Assembly (NCBI GenBank): GCA_047947115.1 | Contig: CP170459.1 | Location: 5,088,001-5,152,000, forward strand | Origin: Verrucomicrobiota bacterium | GTDB lineage: Bacteria; Verrucomicrobiota; Verrucomicrobiia; Limisphaerales; AAA164-E04 | Reading direction: 5' to 3' | Length of the DNA: 64,000 bases | Program-made: the position numbers and the translations under genes | Shown here: positions 1 through 10,394 of the stretch, piece by piece | How the letters are laid out: every line of letters begins with the position of its first letter | How positions within the stretch are numbered: position 1 is the stretch's first letter | The notes under the pieces: model-generated | What the model was told of the DNA's origin: nothing | Seen by the model: the letters and a program-made list of their open reading frames with translations, nothing else | The model's database searches: none

Positions 1-1619
1 GAAACCGTATTTTCACCCTTTGCGATAAGGTCCAGTGAAAAACGGGTCGCTTCCTCAGGAGCCAGAATACGGATATCGAGACCATCGGTGTCGTGGTCTT
101 TGAGATAGGTGTTCACTTTGGCGATCAATTGAGCGTCATGCGCACGTTGTTCGTCCAACCAGAAGATAGTGGGCCAACCGGTCGCACGAGCTCGGTTAAC
201 GGCCAGCTTCACCCAGTCACGGATCGGGGCATCTTTGGTCTGGCAACTGCGCCAGATGTCACCTTCTTCCACCTCATGTTCCAGCAGCGTATTGCCGGAA
301 GCATCGACCACGCGGATATGACCGGCTCCAGGGGCTTGAAAGGTCTTGTCATGTGAACCGTATTCCTCGGCTTTCTGCGCCATGAGCCCGACATTGGGAA
401 CTGTTCCCATCGTCGTTGGATCGAAAGCGCCATGCTCCTGGCAGTATTCAATCGTGGCCTGGTAAACACCCGCATAAGAGCTGTCGGGAATCACGGCCAA
501 GGTATCCTGCAACTCGCCATTAGCGTTCCACATCTGGCCTGAAGAACGGATCATCGCCGGCATGGAGGCATCAATAATGATGTCACTGGGGACATGCAGG
601 TTGGTGATTCCCTTGTCCGAATTGACCATGGCCAGGTCGGGCCCCTTGGAGAAGGCTGCGGCGATGTCGGCTTCGATGGACGCGCGCGTCTCAGGAGCAA
701 GCTCCTCCATGCGAGCCATCAAATCCCCGAAACCATTCCGAAAATCCACACCCATCTGATCGAGTTCAGAAGCGTATTTGGAGACCAGATCCTTGAAAAA
801 GACCTCGACGCAGGCGCCAAAGATGATGGGATCACTCACCTTCATCATGGTAGCTTTCATGTGGAGCGAAAACAGAAGTCCTTGTCCTTTGGCCTCGGTC
901 ATTTGCGCTTCAAGAAAACGAACCAGATCCTTCCGGCTCATCTTCGTCGCATCCATTACCTCGCCGGGCAGCAAAGCGGTTTTTGCCTTGAGAATCTGTG
1001 CCCGACCTTCGTTGTCAACAAATTCGATTTTCACGTCGGTGGACTCGGCGACGGTGACCGACTTTTCATTCGACCTGAAATCCCCCTGACCCATGGTCGC
1101 CACACGAGTTTTGGATGACTTGGACCAGGCCCCCATGGAATGAGGATTCTTGCGAGCATAGGCCTTAACGGCCTGAGGGGCTCGACGATCGGAATTTCCT
1201 TCTCGCAAGACAGGGTTCACCGCACTTCCCTTGATCTTGTCATAACGATCTTTGATCTCGCGCTCTTCATTGGTTTGGGGTTCTTCAGGGTAGTTTGGAA
1301 GGTCATACCCTTTGTCGCGCAATTCCTTGATCGCCGCTTTGAGCTGAGGCAGCGAGGCGCTGATGTTGGGGAGCTTGATGATATTGGCGTCTGGAGTTGT
1401 GGCGAGCTCACCCAGTTCCGCGAGCGCGTCCCCGATCTTTTGATCTTCTTTCAGGTGTTCAGGAAAACGTGCAATGATGCGGCCCGCCAGTGAGATATCC
1501 CTGGTTTCTACGTGCACTCCGGCTGAGTGAGTGAAAGCCTGAATGATCGGCAACAGAGAATAAGTGGCCAAGGCTGGAGCCTCGTCGGTCTTGGTGTAAA
1601 TGATCGTCGGTTCGGACAT
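1..1619 (-). CDS. icd: NADP-dependent isocitrate dehydrogenase, monomeric type (3' end beyond window edge)
   Basis: Reverse strand from ATG at 1619 reads [25 protein letters not shown], the monomeric IDH N-terminus; later [39 protein letters not shown] and [17 protein letters not shown]. Absent from the ORF track because it runs off the window. Confidence 0.95.
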   Translation of the reverse strand, partial: MSEPTIIYTKTDEAPALATYSLLPIIQAFTHSAGVHVETRDISLAGRIIARFPEHLKEDQKIGDALAELGELATTPDANIIKLPNISASLPQLKAAIKELRDKGYDLPNYPEEPQTNEEREIKDRYDKIKGSAVNPVLREGNSDRRAPQAVKAYARKNPHSMGAWSKSSKTRVATMGQGDFRSNEKSVTVAESTDVKIEFVDNEGRAQILKAKTALLPGEVMDATKMSRKDLVRFLEAQMTEAKGQGLLFSLHMKATMMKVSDPIIFGACVEVFFKDLVSKYASELDQMGVDFRNGFGDLMARMEELAPETRASIEADIAAAFSKGPDLAMVNSDKGITNLHVPSDIIIDASMPAMIRSSGQMWNANGELQDTLAVIPDSSYAGVYQATIEYCQEHGAFDPTTMGTVPNVGLMAQKAEEYGSHDKTFQAPGAGHIRVVDASGNTLLEHEVEEGDIWRSCQTKDAPIRDWVKLAVNRARATGWPTIFWLDEQRAHDAQLIAKVNTYLKDHDTDGLDIRILAPEEATRFSLDLIAKGENTV

Positions 1620-1872
1620 ATGATTGATAGTAACGCTCTTTAAAAACAAACAGGAGACAGAAATACACGGTTTGGCTGAATTTGGCAAACACGTGGTTCA
1701 GGAAATTATGTCCAGTTTGAAACAGTTGATGTTGCTGCCCCGAACACTTGCCTTGAGCTTGTCTGGCAAGTGAAGTCAAGTTTGGAAGAGGGGCTTAGCC
1801 ATGTCCTCATGAATCCTGTGCTACCCTAAAAACCGAGTTGACCAGAAGAGATTCATGCTTATTTTTTTTCAC

Positions 1873-2948
1873 ATGAAAGGTTTATTGATTCATGCTGCAC
1901 TCCTGGCGGTGGTTCTGTCCACCCATGCGGAAGTCGTTTCATGGAAATTATCGGGGGAATTGAATTACGTCCATCCGGCACTGTCCGAGCAATTCACGGT
2001 GGGCGACACTTACACCATGACCTTGAATGTGGAGAATGGGATTCCCGCCGTCGAAATTGACCGGCCTTTCTTCTACAGTGTGGGAAACTTTGATGATTCG
2101 CTCATCGACGGTTCCCTGGCTTTTGCCAATGGCTACACCATGGAACTTGGCGGACACAGCCCTGGGAGTTTCAATATCATCAATGCCGGAGCAAACAGCG
2201 CTTCCGGATATGACCATTGAACCTCAGTGTTCAAGCATTTGACGACTCGCTGACCGGGGAACCTGTGGCAGGATATTCGGCCGAGATATTGACATTGAAC
2301 TTCACCGATGATGTGCCTCCTCTGAACTTGTTATCCGGATCGGAAGCGGCATTTCCGGCATATGACCTTCCTTTTCCTTCAGCAGAAACATTCCACCTGG
2401 AAGAGACAACCAACGAGCGGTTTCATCTGAGACTTCAATTTTCAGGAGGGCAGCCTGACGGCACCCACTTTGTAAGAGGCTCGATCACCGATTTTTTATT
2501 CACGGATTCCGGAAACACCCATGAACCTTCAGGAGGAGGCAATTTTGAAGAAGCCATCCACAATGCGAATCTTCCTGAAGAAGCCAAAGCTTTCAACGCA
2601 GATGCTAATGGTGACGGGATTCCAAACGGCATTGCCTACGCTCTGGGCATACCAGTCCTGGGGGCATCGGACGCCTTGCGCTACCGCCTCCCCACCTTTG
2701 CCAAAAACCAGTGGCGCATCATTCTTCCCCTTGAACTACCTGCCGACATTGCTTACGAAATACGTGTATCAACCACCCTGGGAGGCGACTGGACTGCGAT
2801 TGCTTCACGCCCAATCAATGGCACCTGGGAAGGAGCGGTCGATATTGAATCAACAGACAAAGAACAAACGGTCAGCGCCGACGTCTCGGTCAACCTCAAC
2901 CATCATCAAGCAGTGTTCTTCAGCCTGCGCGTGACTTTGAATCCTTAA
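1873..2948 (+). pseudogene. Secreted protein of unknown function (~358 aa if joined), split by an apparent 1-nt frameshift at 2217
   Basis: Signal peptide MKGLLIHAALLAVVLSTHA; the frame stops at CAT-TGA (2215-2220) and coding continues as TTG-AAC-CTC from 2217. The C-terminal part has a DANGDGIPN Ca-binding-like motif and ends in a ...YEIRVSTTL..W...FFSLRV domain. Confidence 0.6.
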
Positions 2949-2983
2949 AGGCCAACGCCGTGGTTTTATTGCATCATGGAGTA

Positions 2984-3697
2984 ATGCCGACAACGAATAA
3001 CAAAGCGTGGATAGCATCTCTAATGGCTTGGAGCATGGTCCTGGTTGCCTTGAGTCTTGTGGCAAGATCATGGATCTCCCAAGGCATCGTCTGGACTATG
3101 TTGCAGACCGACCTGACTCCCTCCATGAAGGTGGAGGAGATCAAGATCTTCTTCGACAACTTTGGCAAACTCGCACCTCTGGCCTATGTGGGTTGCGTCA
3201 TGGTGGAAGTCCTGGTCGCCCCGATCCCGGGAATCATGCTGTATGCACCGGGTGGCGTTGTCTTTGGGGGATTGATGGGGGGTTTTCTTTCACTTATCGG
3301 GAACACTTTGGGAGCAGGCATCGCCTGCGCGGCTGCCAGGACCATTGGAGAAAGCTGGGCCACGAAATATTTTGCGTCTGAAAAATTAAGATCAACCCAG
3401 GAATTATTGGAAAGAAAGGGATTCTGGCTGATTCTCCTTCTCCGGATCAATCCACTGACTTCATCGGATTTGATATCTTACGCCGCAGGATTGACGCGCA
3501 TCCCTGTCTGGCAAGTTATGCTGGCCACAGCAAGCGGCATGGCTCCTCTGTGTTTCGCCCAGGCCTACCTGGCGGAAAACCTGATGCAACGCTTCCCCTG
3601 GCTGCTATATCCATTGATCGGATGCCTGATTGTTTATGTTGCCATCGTGTTGAAGATCGCCTTCCGCATTCGAAATAAGGAAGTCGCAGCCAGTTAG
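2984..3697 (+). CDS. TVP38/TMEM64 (VTT/DedA superfamily) membrane protein
   Basis: Hydrophobic helices with APIPG..LYAPGGVVFG, LLLRINPLTSSDLISYAAGLTRI; GGAG before ATG 2984. Confidence 0.9.
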   Translation: MPTTNNKAWIASLMAWSMVLVALSLVARSWISQGIVWTMLQTDLTPSMKVEEIKIFFDNFGKLAPLAYVGCVMVEVLVAPIPGIMLYAPGGVVFGGLMGGFLSLIGNTLGAGIACAAARTIGESWATKYFASEKLRSTQELLERKGFWLILLLRINPLTSSDLISYAAGLTRIPVWQVMLATASGMAPLCFAQAYLAENLMQRFPWLLYPLIGCLIVYVAIVLKIAFRIRNKEVAAS

Positions 3698-3888
3698 GCA
3701 AACATGTCAGTTACTAAGGAAATCAAACGCTGAATTTTAAAAAATGATGTTCCTTACCACGGGTGAAGGTGCTTTCCCCCCTCAAACGCCGGCGTTGCGC
3801 AAGCTTCTGAACACAGTGACAGTCTCCAGAAGCAACGCGTTAAGTGAAAGTTCAATCCCTTCCAGACATCCCTAAAAAGACAGCCGAT

Positions 3889-4110
3889 TCACGATATTGA
3901 AATAATATGAACCGGGCAGTTCTCAACACTCTGCTCAAGCTCGTCGCGATCGGCGTCATACCCTTTACCAAATTCCATTTGATCGTGCCGGTGGGTAACT
4001 TCAAGCAAGGAAGCCATCCCGTCTTCATCAATCTTCCAATAACTTGGAGCATGCTCCACACAGGCGTAGCAGCCAATGCAATCGCTTCGTTTGTGTGTTA
4101 TTTGAATCAT
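3889..4110 (-). CDS. Small single-cluster ferredoxin
   Basis: CIGCYAC ... CPVHII motif in 73 aa; ATGA overlap with the upstream U32 gene. Confidence 0.9.
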   Translation of the reverse strand: MIQITHKRSDCIGCYACVEHAPSYWKIDEDGMASLLEVTHRHDQMEFGKGYDADRDELEQSVENCPVHIISIS

Positions 4111-5345
4111 GCTTGCACGGGTTTCATGAGGTAAAGTCGGTCGCCTCGACGGACTTTATCCCCTACTTTGATGGAAAAAACACTGCGCCCTTTGATCCCC
4201 TCGACGGGGTTTTCATCCACTCTGATTTCTTCCGCCACACCGTTCACAACACCTGTTTTGTCGCCGATAATGTTGTATTCATCCCCCACATTGAGTTCAC
4301 CGGCGGTTGCCGTGATTTCGGCTACTTGGATACGGGAAAAATAATTGGTGACGGTGCCTACGGCAATTTTTTGCCTGGTGGCCTTACTCCCATAGGCATT
4401 GCTCCACCCCTGCTTCCGACCAAGATAATAACCATCTGAATGCCCGCGGTTGTACACTTTTTCCAGATTACCCTGTAGCTCCCCAACCAACTCCCGGGTG
4501 TAGCGACCTTCGTTCAGGGCATCGATGGCCGCGCGGTAACTCCGTATCACGGATTCCACATACTCCGGTGCACGACCGCGTCCTTCGATTTTGAGAGTGT
4601 GAATACCCGCGTCCAATATTTGATCCAGAAAATCGATGGTGGAGATGTCGTTGGGGGACATGACAAAGTTGTTGTCGATCTCAAGTTGTTGGCCCGATTC
4701 CTTGTCCGTCACAATGTATTCTTTACGGCAATTCTGTTCGCATGCGCCACGGTTGGCCGATGCGTTGCTGGTGTAAAGCGACATGCCACAACGGCCCGAA
4801 ACAGCAATGCACAGAGCGCCATGCGCAAAAGCTTCCAATTCCATTGGGCGGCCGTTTTTGCCACGGAGATCGGTTTCAAGGATCTGCTCATGAATGCGCT
4901 TGATCATTTTGAGGTTCAGTTCTCGCGCCAGCACAATGCGATCGCAAAAGGGAGCGTAGAACTTGACCGCATCAAAATTGGAGATCGAAAGTTGCGTGGA
5001 AAGATGCACCTCCAAACCGAGTTCATTGGCCATTTGAACCGCAGCCATATCGGCCAGAATCACTGCATCCACGCCATGTTCCTTCGCGGTTTCCAGCATG
5101 CTTCGGGCTACTTTGGCATCGTAATCATACAGCAGGGTGTTGAGTGTCAGATACCCTTTCACCTTATTTTCATGGCAAATGCGTAAAATTTCGGGGATAT
5201 CGGACAACTCAAAACTGCGGCGGGCTCGAGCTCTCATATTCAATTGAGCCACACCAAAATACACCGCATCGGCACCGGCTTTGATGCCAGCACGAAGCGA
5301 AGGAAAACAGCCCGCAGGAGCCAATAATTCGGATTCGTATTTCAT
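4107..5345 (-). CDS. U32 family protein (Fe-S dependent hydroxylase / PrtC-like)
   Basis: [56 protein letters not shown] motifs and a C-terminal beta domain. Confidence 0.93.
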   Translation of the reverse strand: MKYESELLAPAGCFPSLRAGIKAGADAVYFGVAQLNMRARARRSFELSDIPEILRICHENKVKGYLTLNTLLYDYDAKVARSMLETAKEHGVDAVILADMAAVQMANELGLEVHLSTQLSISNFDAVKFYAPFCDRIVLARELNLKMIKRIHEQILETDLRGKNGRPMELEAFAHGALCIAVSGRCGMSLYTSNASANRGACEQNCRKEYIVTDKESGQQLEIDNNFVMSPNDISTIDFLDQILDAGIHTLKIEGRGRAPEYVESVIRSYRAAIDALNEGRYTRELVGELQGNLEKVYNRGHSDGYYLGRKQGWSNAYGSKATRQKIAVGTVTNYFSRIQVAEITATAGELNVGDEYNIIGDKTGVVNGVAEEIRVDENPVEGIKGRSVFSIKVGDKVRRGDRLYLMKPVQA

Positions 5346-5592
5346 TTAAAGGGGACAATACTATGCCAGGATTTCAAAGTCGCCAACCACGTTTCGCACG
5401 CTGAACACTGCAACATCCCAACTCGTTGCAGCAAATAAGCTTACCAAAAAACCCTAGTATCTAACCAACGTCCAGTCGCCTCAAATTGCATCATCAAAGC
5501 ACAAAGTAAAGAACAACTGGCACTTTGATGGAAAAGTTATAAGCTCTGTGGGGGGAATCAATCGAGATAACACCTAAATCTATCATTTTGAA

Positions 5593-8500
5593 ATGAAACA
5601 TGTTCGCATCCGTATCCTGACCGTTGTTTTTTGTTTGGTGTCACTGATATCGACCGTATTTTCCGATGTCAGCAAAAAACCATTGGATCATTCTGATTAT
5701 GATCGTTGGAACACAGCTTCTATGGTTCAAATCTCCAACGATGGTCACTGGATCCAGTATGTGATCAACAGCGGCAAGCCGGATGGTGACGCGACGCTTG
5801 TTCTGCGTAAGAATGGGGCACCCGGGGAATACAAGATTGCCAGGGGTGAATCTGCCACATTTACGTTCGATTCCAGGTTTGTGATCTACAAGATCGCACC
5901 GGATCCCGAACGCGTTGAAGAGCTGAAAAAGGAGAAAACCAAACCAGAGGACCTGCCGAAACCCGTGTTGGAAGTGCTGGAACTGGAATCTGGCGCATCC
6001 TACCGTGTGGATCGCATCAAATCATTCTCAGTTCCCAAAGAAAACGGACGCTGGCTGGCATACCTCCTGGAGAAGCCTCTGGTTGAAAGTCATGTTGAAA
6101 CACTCAAATCGGGTGTGGAAGAAACATACGAAGTCACACCGCAAGGACTGCGCCGTGCCGCCAAACCGATGCTGTTGAAAAAGCGTCCAACTGAGACATC
6201 CCCCGAGGAAAAATCATCACCTGATCCTGATCCCAAAAAGGAAAAAATGAAGGATGCTGACCATGATGAATCCACGAACAAGAAGGACAAGGAGCCAGGA
6301 ACGGTTCTGGCCATTCGGAACTTGCAAACGAATGAGGAACGGAGGTTCTCCAACGTGGTAGATTACCAATTTTCGAAGGATGGCAATGCCGTTGCGTTTG
6401 TGACCTCGGTCGAGTCTTTGCCTGACACGAAGGATGGCACGAAGATTTCAGGGAAAGCAATCAAACCGAAGAGCTCCATCACCGATGGGGTATATGTGTT
6501 GAATCTGAAGAACCAAAAGTTGAGTCAGATACTTTCCGGATCCGGACGATACAAAAATCTTTCCTTCAGTGACAACGGCGAACACCTGACGTTCGTAACC
6601 GACAAGGATGACGATGAATCCAAGACTTCCAGCTGGTCGCTGTATCACTGGAAGAAAGCCTCGGGAAAGGCCCGCCTCATTGCTTCCGAAGATATCGAAG
6701 GTATTCCCGCCGGTTGGTGGATTTCACCCGATGCCACCCCCTATTTTTCCGACGACTGTCGTCGCCTGTTTTTCTTTACCGCCCCCGTGCCCAAAAGGGT
6801 TATTGAGGAACGCAATCAAGGAGCTGAAGAGGAAGCGAAAGAAAATAAGGATGAAGAGAAAAAGGCCAAGTTGGATATCTGGCATTGGGAAGACCCTTTG
6901 CTACAGCCAGAACAACTCCTTCAGGCAGACAAGGAAAAAAGTCGCAGCTACGTGGCTGTATACGATCTTGAGAAAAGGACCATCATTCAGCTGGCCAATC
7001 AAGAGCTTCCTTCGGTTTCAATTGATCGCCGGTCACGTTCCCCCCATGCAGTGGCTGTGAACGACCTCCCCTACAGGAAGCTGCTATCGTGGGATCGCCC
7101 CGGTTTTCAGGATACATATCTGGTCAACCTGGAAACGGGAAGTCGTACATTGATCCTGGAGAAAAGCCGGGCACGTGGAACACTTTCACCCGAAGGCAAC
7201 TATATCACCTGGTTTGATCCGGAGGATCGACAATGGCACGCCACATCGACAGGTCCGGATCGTACAGTGATCAACATCAGCAAAGGTATTGGAATTCCAC
7301 TGCAAGAGGAACTTCACGATACCCCCTCCCTTCCCGGAGCATACGGCAGCGCAGGCTGGATTGAAAAGGATCATGCGTTTTTGATCTATGATCGTTTTGA
7401 CATCTGGCAAGTGGATCCCACAGGCGAACTGCCTCCTGTGTGCCTAACTGAAGGACACGGACGTGCGCACTCCGTGCAATTTCGCTTTGTCCAACTGGAT
7501 CATGAGGCCCGTGCCATTGATCCTGAAAAGGACATGTACTTGTCGGCCTTCAATGAAACATCCAAAGCAAGTGGATACTTTGTCATCCGCGCCGAAGATA
7601 ACGAGGTTGAAACATCAGAGGAAGTGAAGCGATCAAGACTCGAACAACGGATCATGCTCAATGAAAATGTGAACAGCATCGCGAAAGCGCGAAACTCAGA
7701 AGATCTTGTGTTCAGGCGCAACACCTTTCGGCAATGCCCGGACATCTGGACAAGCACCACCGAATTCAGAACCATCCATCGCATCAGTGATATCAATCCA
7801 CAGCAGGATGAATATGCATGGGGAGATGTTGAATTGATCCAATGGAAGGCAACTGACGGACAAATGCTGGATGGTTTGTTGTACAAACCGGATGATTTTG
7901 ATCCTGCGAAAAAGTATCCGCTACTGGTCTATTTCTACGAACGCAGATCAGACAATCTGCACAGCTACTATGCGCCGGCAGCGGGAAGATCGATCATCAA
8001 CTTCAGTTTCTATGTCAGTCGCGGGTATGTATTGTTCGTCCCTGACATTCCATACAAAATGGGAATTCCCGGACAGAGTGCACTCAATTCAGTTGTGTCC
8101 GGCACCCAATCCCTGATTGACAAGGGATTCATTGACGAAAAGCGCATTGGCATACAAGGCCACAGTTGGGGAGGTTATCAAGCTGCCTATCTGGTGACTA
8201 AAACCGACATGTTTGCCTGTGCCGAAGCTGGGGCGCCTGTCAGCAATATGACGAGTGCATATGGCGGCATTCGTTGGGGAACCGGCCTGAGCCGGATGTT
8301 TCAGTACGAGCGCACACAAAGCCGAATTGGCGACACGTTGTGGAATGCCCGCGACCAATACATCGAAAACTCACCGCTCTTTTCAGCCGACAAGATCAAC
8401 ACTCCCCTGCTCATCCTGCACAATGACGAAGACGGCGCCGTTCCGTGGTATCAGGGCATCGAACTGTTTGTCGCCCTGCGTCGTCTCGAGAAGCCGGTAT

Positions 8501-8703
8501 GGTTGTTGAATTACAATGGAGATCCCCATTGGGTGATGGGAGAAGAAAACCGCAGGGATTTTGCCATTCGCATGCAACAGTTTTTTGACCACTACCTGAA
8601 AGACGCACCTGAACCCGAATGGATGGCTGTAGGCGTTCCTGCGATCGAAAAAGGCGAAAACTTTGGACTGGAACTCTTGGAACCCAAATCACAGGTCGAG
8701 TGA
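5593..8703 (+). CDS. S9 family (prolyl oligopeptidase/acylaminoacyl peptidase-like) secreted peptidase
   Basis: Signal peptide, beta-propeller-like region, GHSWGG nucleophile, DGAVP and a C-terminal His. Confidence 0.92.
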   Translation: MKHVRIRILTVVFCLVSLISTVFSDVSKKPLDHSDYDRWNTASMVQISNDGHWIQYVINSGKPDGDATLVLRKNGAPGEYKIARGESATFTFDSRFVIYKIAPDPERVEELKKEKTKPEDLPKPVLEVLELESGASYRVDRIKSFSVPKENGRWLAYLLEKPLVESHVETLKSGVEETYEVTPQGLRRAAKPMLLKKRPTETSPEEKSSPDPDPKKEKMKDADHDESTNKKDKEPGTVLAIRNLQTNEERRFSNVVDYQFSKDGNAVAFVTSVESLPDTKDGTKISGKAIKPKSSITDGVYVLNLKNQKLSQILSGSGRYKNLSFSDNGEHLTFVTDKDDDESKTSSWSLYHWKKASGKARLIASEDIEGIPAGWWISPDATPYFSDDCRRLFFFTAPVPKRVIEERNQGAEEEAKENKDEEKKAKLDIWHWEDPLLQPEQLLQADKEKSRSYVAVYDLEKRTIIQLANQELPSVSIDRRSRSPHAVAVNDLPYRKLLSWDRPGFQDTYLVNLETGSRTLILEKSRARGTLSPEGNYITWFDPEDRQWHATSTGPDRTVINISKGIGIPLQEELHDTPSLPGAYGSAGWIEKDHAFLIYDRFDIWQVDPTGELPPVCLTEGHGRAHSVQFRFVQLDHEARAIDPEKDMYLSAFNETSKASGYFVIRAEDNEVETSEEVKRSRLEQRIMLNENVNSIAKARNSEDLVFRRNTFRQCPDIWTSTTEFRTIHRISDINPQQDEYAWGDVELIQWKATDGQMLDGLLYKPDDFDPAKKYPLLVYFYERRSDNLHSYYAPAAGRSIINFSFYVSRGYVLFVPDIPYKMGIPGQSALNSVVSGTQSLIDKGFIDEKRIGIQGHSWGGYQAAYLVTKTDMFACAEAGAPVSNMTSAYGGIRWGTGLSRMFQYERTQSRIGDTLWNARDQYIENSPLFSADKINTPLLILHNDEDGAVPWYQGIELFVALRRLEKPVWLLNYNGDPHWVMGEENRRDFAIRMQQFFDHYLKDAPEPEWMAVGVPAIEKGENFGLELLEPKSQVE

Positions 8704-8985
8704 ATGTTCATATTTCATAATTAAATCAGTGCCCGTAGATCCTGTCGGCATGCATCAGTGGTTGCCTGTGAACCCAGAGAGAATAAACCTTTCAACCTTA
8801 AGAAGAAGCCAAGAACAATCTTTCCGACAGCGCTGAAGAACCCGTTGTCAGCACTTGGAAGTGGATATCGCGTTGAAACACCTGGATTATCCAGCAAGCC
8901 TGAAAAACGAAAAGAGGTCTCGCATATTCGATTGGAAAAAATGGATGACGTTACATTTTTATCGACCCAGTTTCCAACAGAGGTT

Positions 8986-9828
8986 ATGTCATACACCACA
9001 ATGAATAACGCACCTTTTTCACATCGCGAAAACTCAACCATCCTGATCACAGGAGTCGGCTTGATGGGGCAACACATGGCAAGAACCGCCTTCAAATGGC
9101 TTGAGCCAAAACAGATCATTTTGGTGGATCATGCGACAGAAATCATGGTTGGAACTGAAAAAACGGCCTTGGTCGATTTTGCTTCGACACTTCAAAGTCT
9201 CTCCGGGGGAAAAACCGAGGTCGTGGCGGAAAGTCTGAACATCGCAGATGAAGGAGAGGTGGCGGACCTTTTCAAACGACGGCAGGGCATCGACTACCTG
9301 CAGCACACGGCCGGCATCTCTCCCGGTCCGCTCACACCTCCTGAGCAACTGGACAAAGACACGGTAATGAAGGCCTGCGAAGTGAATCTTTGGGGCGCGC
9401 ACAACCTGCTCAAACAAGCGGTCAATGCAAAAGCCTTCACCCAAAAAGCGCGCGGTGTCCTGATCCTTTCCACATCCGCCACCGTGGGTTCGGAAGGACG
9501 CGCAAGCGCGGCCTACGAGGAATCCAAGGGAGGCCTCATGAATTTATTGACCCTCCAGGCACGCCATTTTCTGGAGAAACATTCACTTATACTCAACGGC
9601 TTGGCCCCCTCACCGCTGAGAGGTCCGATGGCGGCACAGAACCCGATCTCGGCGGGGCGTCTGCAAGCCGTCGAAGACAGCATGCCCATCGGCGGCCTCA
9701 CCGCCCCCGAGCACATCACCGCCGCCACCTCTTTTTTCTGGGCGGAACAATGCTGGGCAGTGGGCGAAGTCCTGACCGTGGACGGGGGCTACACCAAGCA
9801 CCGACCGATTTACGGACCCTTGGCTTGA
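8986..9828 (+). CDS. SDR family oxidoreductase
   Basis: ILITGVGLMG Rossmann motif, HTAG, catalytic YEESKGG, C-terminal LTVDGG. Start chosen at ATG 8986 after GAGG; the track start at 8758 is probably too long. Confidence 0.85.
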   Translation: MSYTTMNNAPFSHRENSTILITGVGLMGQHMARTAFKWLEPKQIILVDHATEIMVGTEKTALVDFASTLQSLSGGKTEVVAESLNIADEGEVADLFKRRQGIDYLQHTAGISPGPLTPPEQLDKDTVMKACEVNLWGAHNLLKQAVNAKAFTQKARGVLILSTSATVGSEGRASAAYEESKGGLMNLLTLQARHFLEKHSLILNGLAPSPLRGPMAAQNPISAGRLQAVEDSMPIGGLTAPEHITAATSFFWAEQCWAVGEVLTVDGGYTKHRPIYGPLA

Positions 9829-9986
9829 TTTTCATTCGCCTATAGGGCTGACGCTGTTTCATGACAACCGTATGACCGAGTTTGTAAAAACGCGGTCACA
9901 GATACGCTTTCCGTTAAGCCTTGTAATGTCTGGAGTTATATGAATATACTCTGGATGTTCAACAGGAGGAACCCCCATTACCAGTC

Positions 9987-10382
9987 ATGAAACAAATTCA
10001 TGATTGGACTGCTCACAACAGCAGACTTCACCATCACAAACAGGTCTTTCGTCGACTTGCAAAAACGCTACCAGCTCTGGTGATGTTACTATGCCTACCG
10101 ATTCTAGTAACCGCACAATCGCCTGCTGAGCTCACTCTCTCCATACATCTCAGGGAAAATGTAGCCGGACCTTACACCATCGCCTGGAACAGTGAGATCG
10201 GCGAAGAATATGATGTTTTGGCCACGGATTCATTGAAGGAAGATTGGCAGCGAATCAATTCATCCCCCATCACGGCGATCGCTGCAATCACCGAGTTCAC
10301 GGATACTGAGCCTTTGGAACGCCGGTTTTATCGCGTCGTTCGGTTGACATCGACACCTCCCACCGGTTCTTCAGGTGAATAG
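9987..10382 (+). CDS. Signal peptide plus a small beta domain; probable N-terminus of the downstream large protein
   Basis: Signal ending ...LVTAQ, then W.SEIGEEYDV...W...FTD...RRFYRV. Ends in TAG in the same frame as 10395..15101. Confidence 0.7.
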   Translation: MKQIHDWTAHNSRLHHHKQVFRRLAKTLPALVMLLCLPILVTAQSPAELTLSIHLRENVAGPYTIAWNSEIGEEYDVLATDSLKEDWQRINSSPITAIAAITEFTDTEPLERRFYRVVRLTSTPPTGSSGE

Positions 10383-10394
10383 ATTTACGGTACC

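Noticed and set aside
93..1493. Several plus-strand ORFs
   Set aside because: They are antisense to icd.
3792..3839. Imperfect hairpin GCTTCTG/CAGAAGC as an ncRNA
   Set aside because: It lies between convergent genes, fits a terminator-like structure, and shows no RNA family features.
8758..8985. N-terminal extension of the SDR ORF
   Set aside because: No domain signal; a better start with an RBS-like GAGG lies at 8986.
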